A stretch of DNA of 64,000 nt, taken from the NCBI RefSeq assembly GCF_009914755.1, contig NC_060929.1, one strand, 5' to 3'. Position 1 is the stretch's first letter. Each line of letters begins with the position of its first letter. A program made the translations under genes and the position numbers. The notes beneath the pieces are model-generated. The model made no database searches. It had not been told where the DNA came from and saw only the letters and a program-made list of their open reading frames with translations. Origin of the DNA: the human T2T-CHM13v2.0 reference genome, Homo sapiens. This document shows, in pieces, positions 61,441 through 64,000 of the stretch.

Positions 61441-62532
61441 TTCAGGTGAGGCCTGAACCCTCATTACTGAGTGAGTGCTGAATGTCAAGGACATGTGCAC
61501 AGTATTTAGAAAGTATCAGCCGGGTGTCCACCTAATGGTGCCCTGAAGGCAGATCCTGCTATCTGGATTCACATAACAGGCAATGATTATATTTCATTAC
61601 TGCTTAAGTTAGCCCAGAGTTTGGGATTTCCATTGAAGTAGCAGATTCTTTCACACCCAGTTTCTAAACTCAGAATATCAAGATTTTGATTATTTATGCT
61701 GTGTTTTTTTATAGACAGTGAAGGCTACACAAGCCTGTGGCCTATTTATATCTTAAAATTAGGTGTAGCAAAAGAATATGCTTACGATCATTTCTCATCC
61801 AGTCACATTTTTGCCAAAATGTAAGTTGTAAGAACAAACACAGCCTGAGTGTATTTCTAAAGAATCCTTTTGTTGCTCTGGCAACAGCCTCCTTTCTCAC
61901 CATTTGTTTCAGTGTTGAAGAGATCCAGGGCTGAGGGAGAGGGGGCATAGGGAGAGAAAAGGCAGATGCTCCCAGCTGCAGCAAGTCCTTGCTGAGGCTG
62001 GGGCTGACCAGAGGCTATCACAGATTGGCCAACGGGAGAAAGCAAGCCAGCCCTTTCAGATGCCAGTATGGCAATGTCCTCAGCCACAGATTCAAGAACC
62101 ACAGCTGCCCTTTACATTGGCTTGATGTGCATGATGAGACCTCCAATAGGGGAGAAAGTGCCCACTGAATCATGAGAAGGATAGCTCAGTCCCTCTTTTT
62201 TATGATTTTTTCTCTGAGGGGTGATGCTAGGCTGGAAGGAGAAAAGAAACCAGTTCTTTCCTGTATTTCAGCACTTAGTCTTAGATCAGTGGCTCCTAGA
62301 CAGCAGTCAAACTATGCAGGAATCTCTGCCTTGTGCCAATTTAAAATTCTGAGTAATTTCAGAATTTTTGAGATGCTGCATAAGTAACAGGGGTAGGGAG
62401 GAAGTTAAAGCTTCCAGACTGGAAAGAGGCAGAAGATCAGCACCAGCCCTCAGCAGTGCTCCCACTTCTTTCTCCTCAACCTTCCTCCAAGAGACCTTGT
62501 GCAGAGAGAAAAGTCAGAAAAAACTCACTGGA

Positions 62533-62848
<316 letters not shown>

Positions 62849-63422
62849 TCACTGGAGTGTTCAAATAATACCTGAGAGCCATACTAATCTTTGTGCAATA
62901 ATGAACACCTTGCCATTAATGTGATGCCCACCAGAGTACCAAAATATGTTGGACTAATCCACACTCAGACATGGAATTCACTCAACTAACGCCTTATTAT
63001 AAACTGCATGTAAACAGTCTTGAAGGATACCTATGCTTTGCTTCTGAATGACTGCCAAAGATAGGTTTAGTGTTATGGCCCAAGATGTCCCACCCCTTCC
63101 AGTAAATGGCCACTGGTTTGCTCGAAGGTAGTTAGATCACCATCAAGTTCCTCAGGATAAGAAGCACTCCTACATGACAAACCAGGAGTCTCATCTACAT
63201 ACCAGCAAATCAATAAAGCCCATAATAAAGGCATGAAATCATCAAGGATGTGCAAATACAACAGAGCGAGGGAAAACTAAACAGAAATCCTACTCTCTGG
63301 TCAACCAGGGCTCTTCAACAGGATTAATAATTAGTGTGTGCTGGCTTCCCTTGAGCTACATGTTTGACTCTTCAAAAGCCTTCAGTAATACTTCCCTGCA
63401 AAAGTTTTAAGATATACACATG

Positions 63423-63425
<3 letters not shown>

Positions 63426-63458
<33 letters not shown>
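63426..63458. repeat. (AC)n microsatellite, ~16 units
   Basis: Read directly. Confidence 0.97.
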
Positions 63459-63460
<2 letters not shown>

Positions 63461-64000
63461 CCCCTGAGGCACCGTGTGTCCAAGGAGAATAAAGCAGGGA
63501 TATTTCTCTGACAAGAAAATGATGAATCAATCTTGAAACCCACCTTTAATATTTCTGGGTGGTGAGATGCCAAGCTGAAGGGGAGAGTCATCTTCAGAAG
63601 TGAGTCAAAAGGGGACAAGGAGCTTCACAGAATCAAACTCTAAGCCTAAAAAGTCCAAAGGAAGGTCACATTTTCCAATCTCCCTATTTTTCAGAAGGAG
63701 AACACTGAGACCCGGGGTGGTACATTTATCTCAAGTGAAACTGCTAATGAGGAGCAATGCTGAAATACAGAATCCTGGTCTCCCAAATTCCATGAGTGCC
63801 TGAGTCACTTGTGGTGTGGCTGATCCTGGCAGATGTAGAGATGAGGGACCTGAGACTTGTCCCTTTGGGCCAGAAAGTTTAAAGGGCCTGGTGTCTGGAT
63901 GGTGTATTCCCCCATGAAAGCAAATCAGAACTAAGGAGCAGGCCCTCTGTCATTTCTCTTGGCCCATTACTCCCCATCCCCCACCTCCACCCTACACAGG

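Overview
Primate (very likely human) genomic DNA containing the convergent 3' ends of two genes. On +: the last three coding exons of SCAMP1 (5445-5546, 14757-14874, 30982-31146) and a ~5 kb 3' UTR. On -: the last coding exon of LHFPL2 (44631-44375), its ~3.7 kb 3' UTR and ~19 kb of its last intron. The rest is largely transposon-derived (Alu, old L1, L2, MIR, MLT, MER). The main object of interest is a full-length ~6.0 kb L1PA2-type LINE-1 inserted antisense in a SCAMP1 intron (7694-13722). Its ORF2 is dead (one nonsense codon, two frameshifts). Its ORF1 is open but starts with ACG instead of ATG. Its antisense ORF0 is intact, and the second ORF0 splice donor is in frame with the next SCAMP1 exon, predicting a 157-aa ORF0-SCAMP1 fusion protein. 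Together with an antisense poly(A) signal inside the L1, this is a 'gene-breaking' layout. Gene and repeat names come from recognition by eye, not from database searches. No prokaryotic features, CRISPR arrays, tRNA or rRNA were seen.
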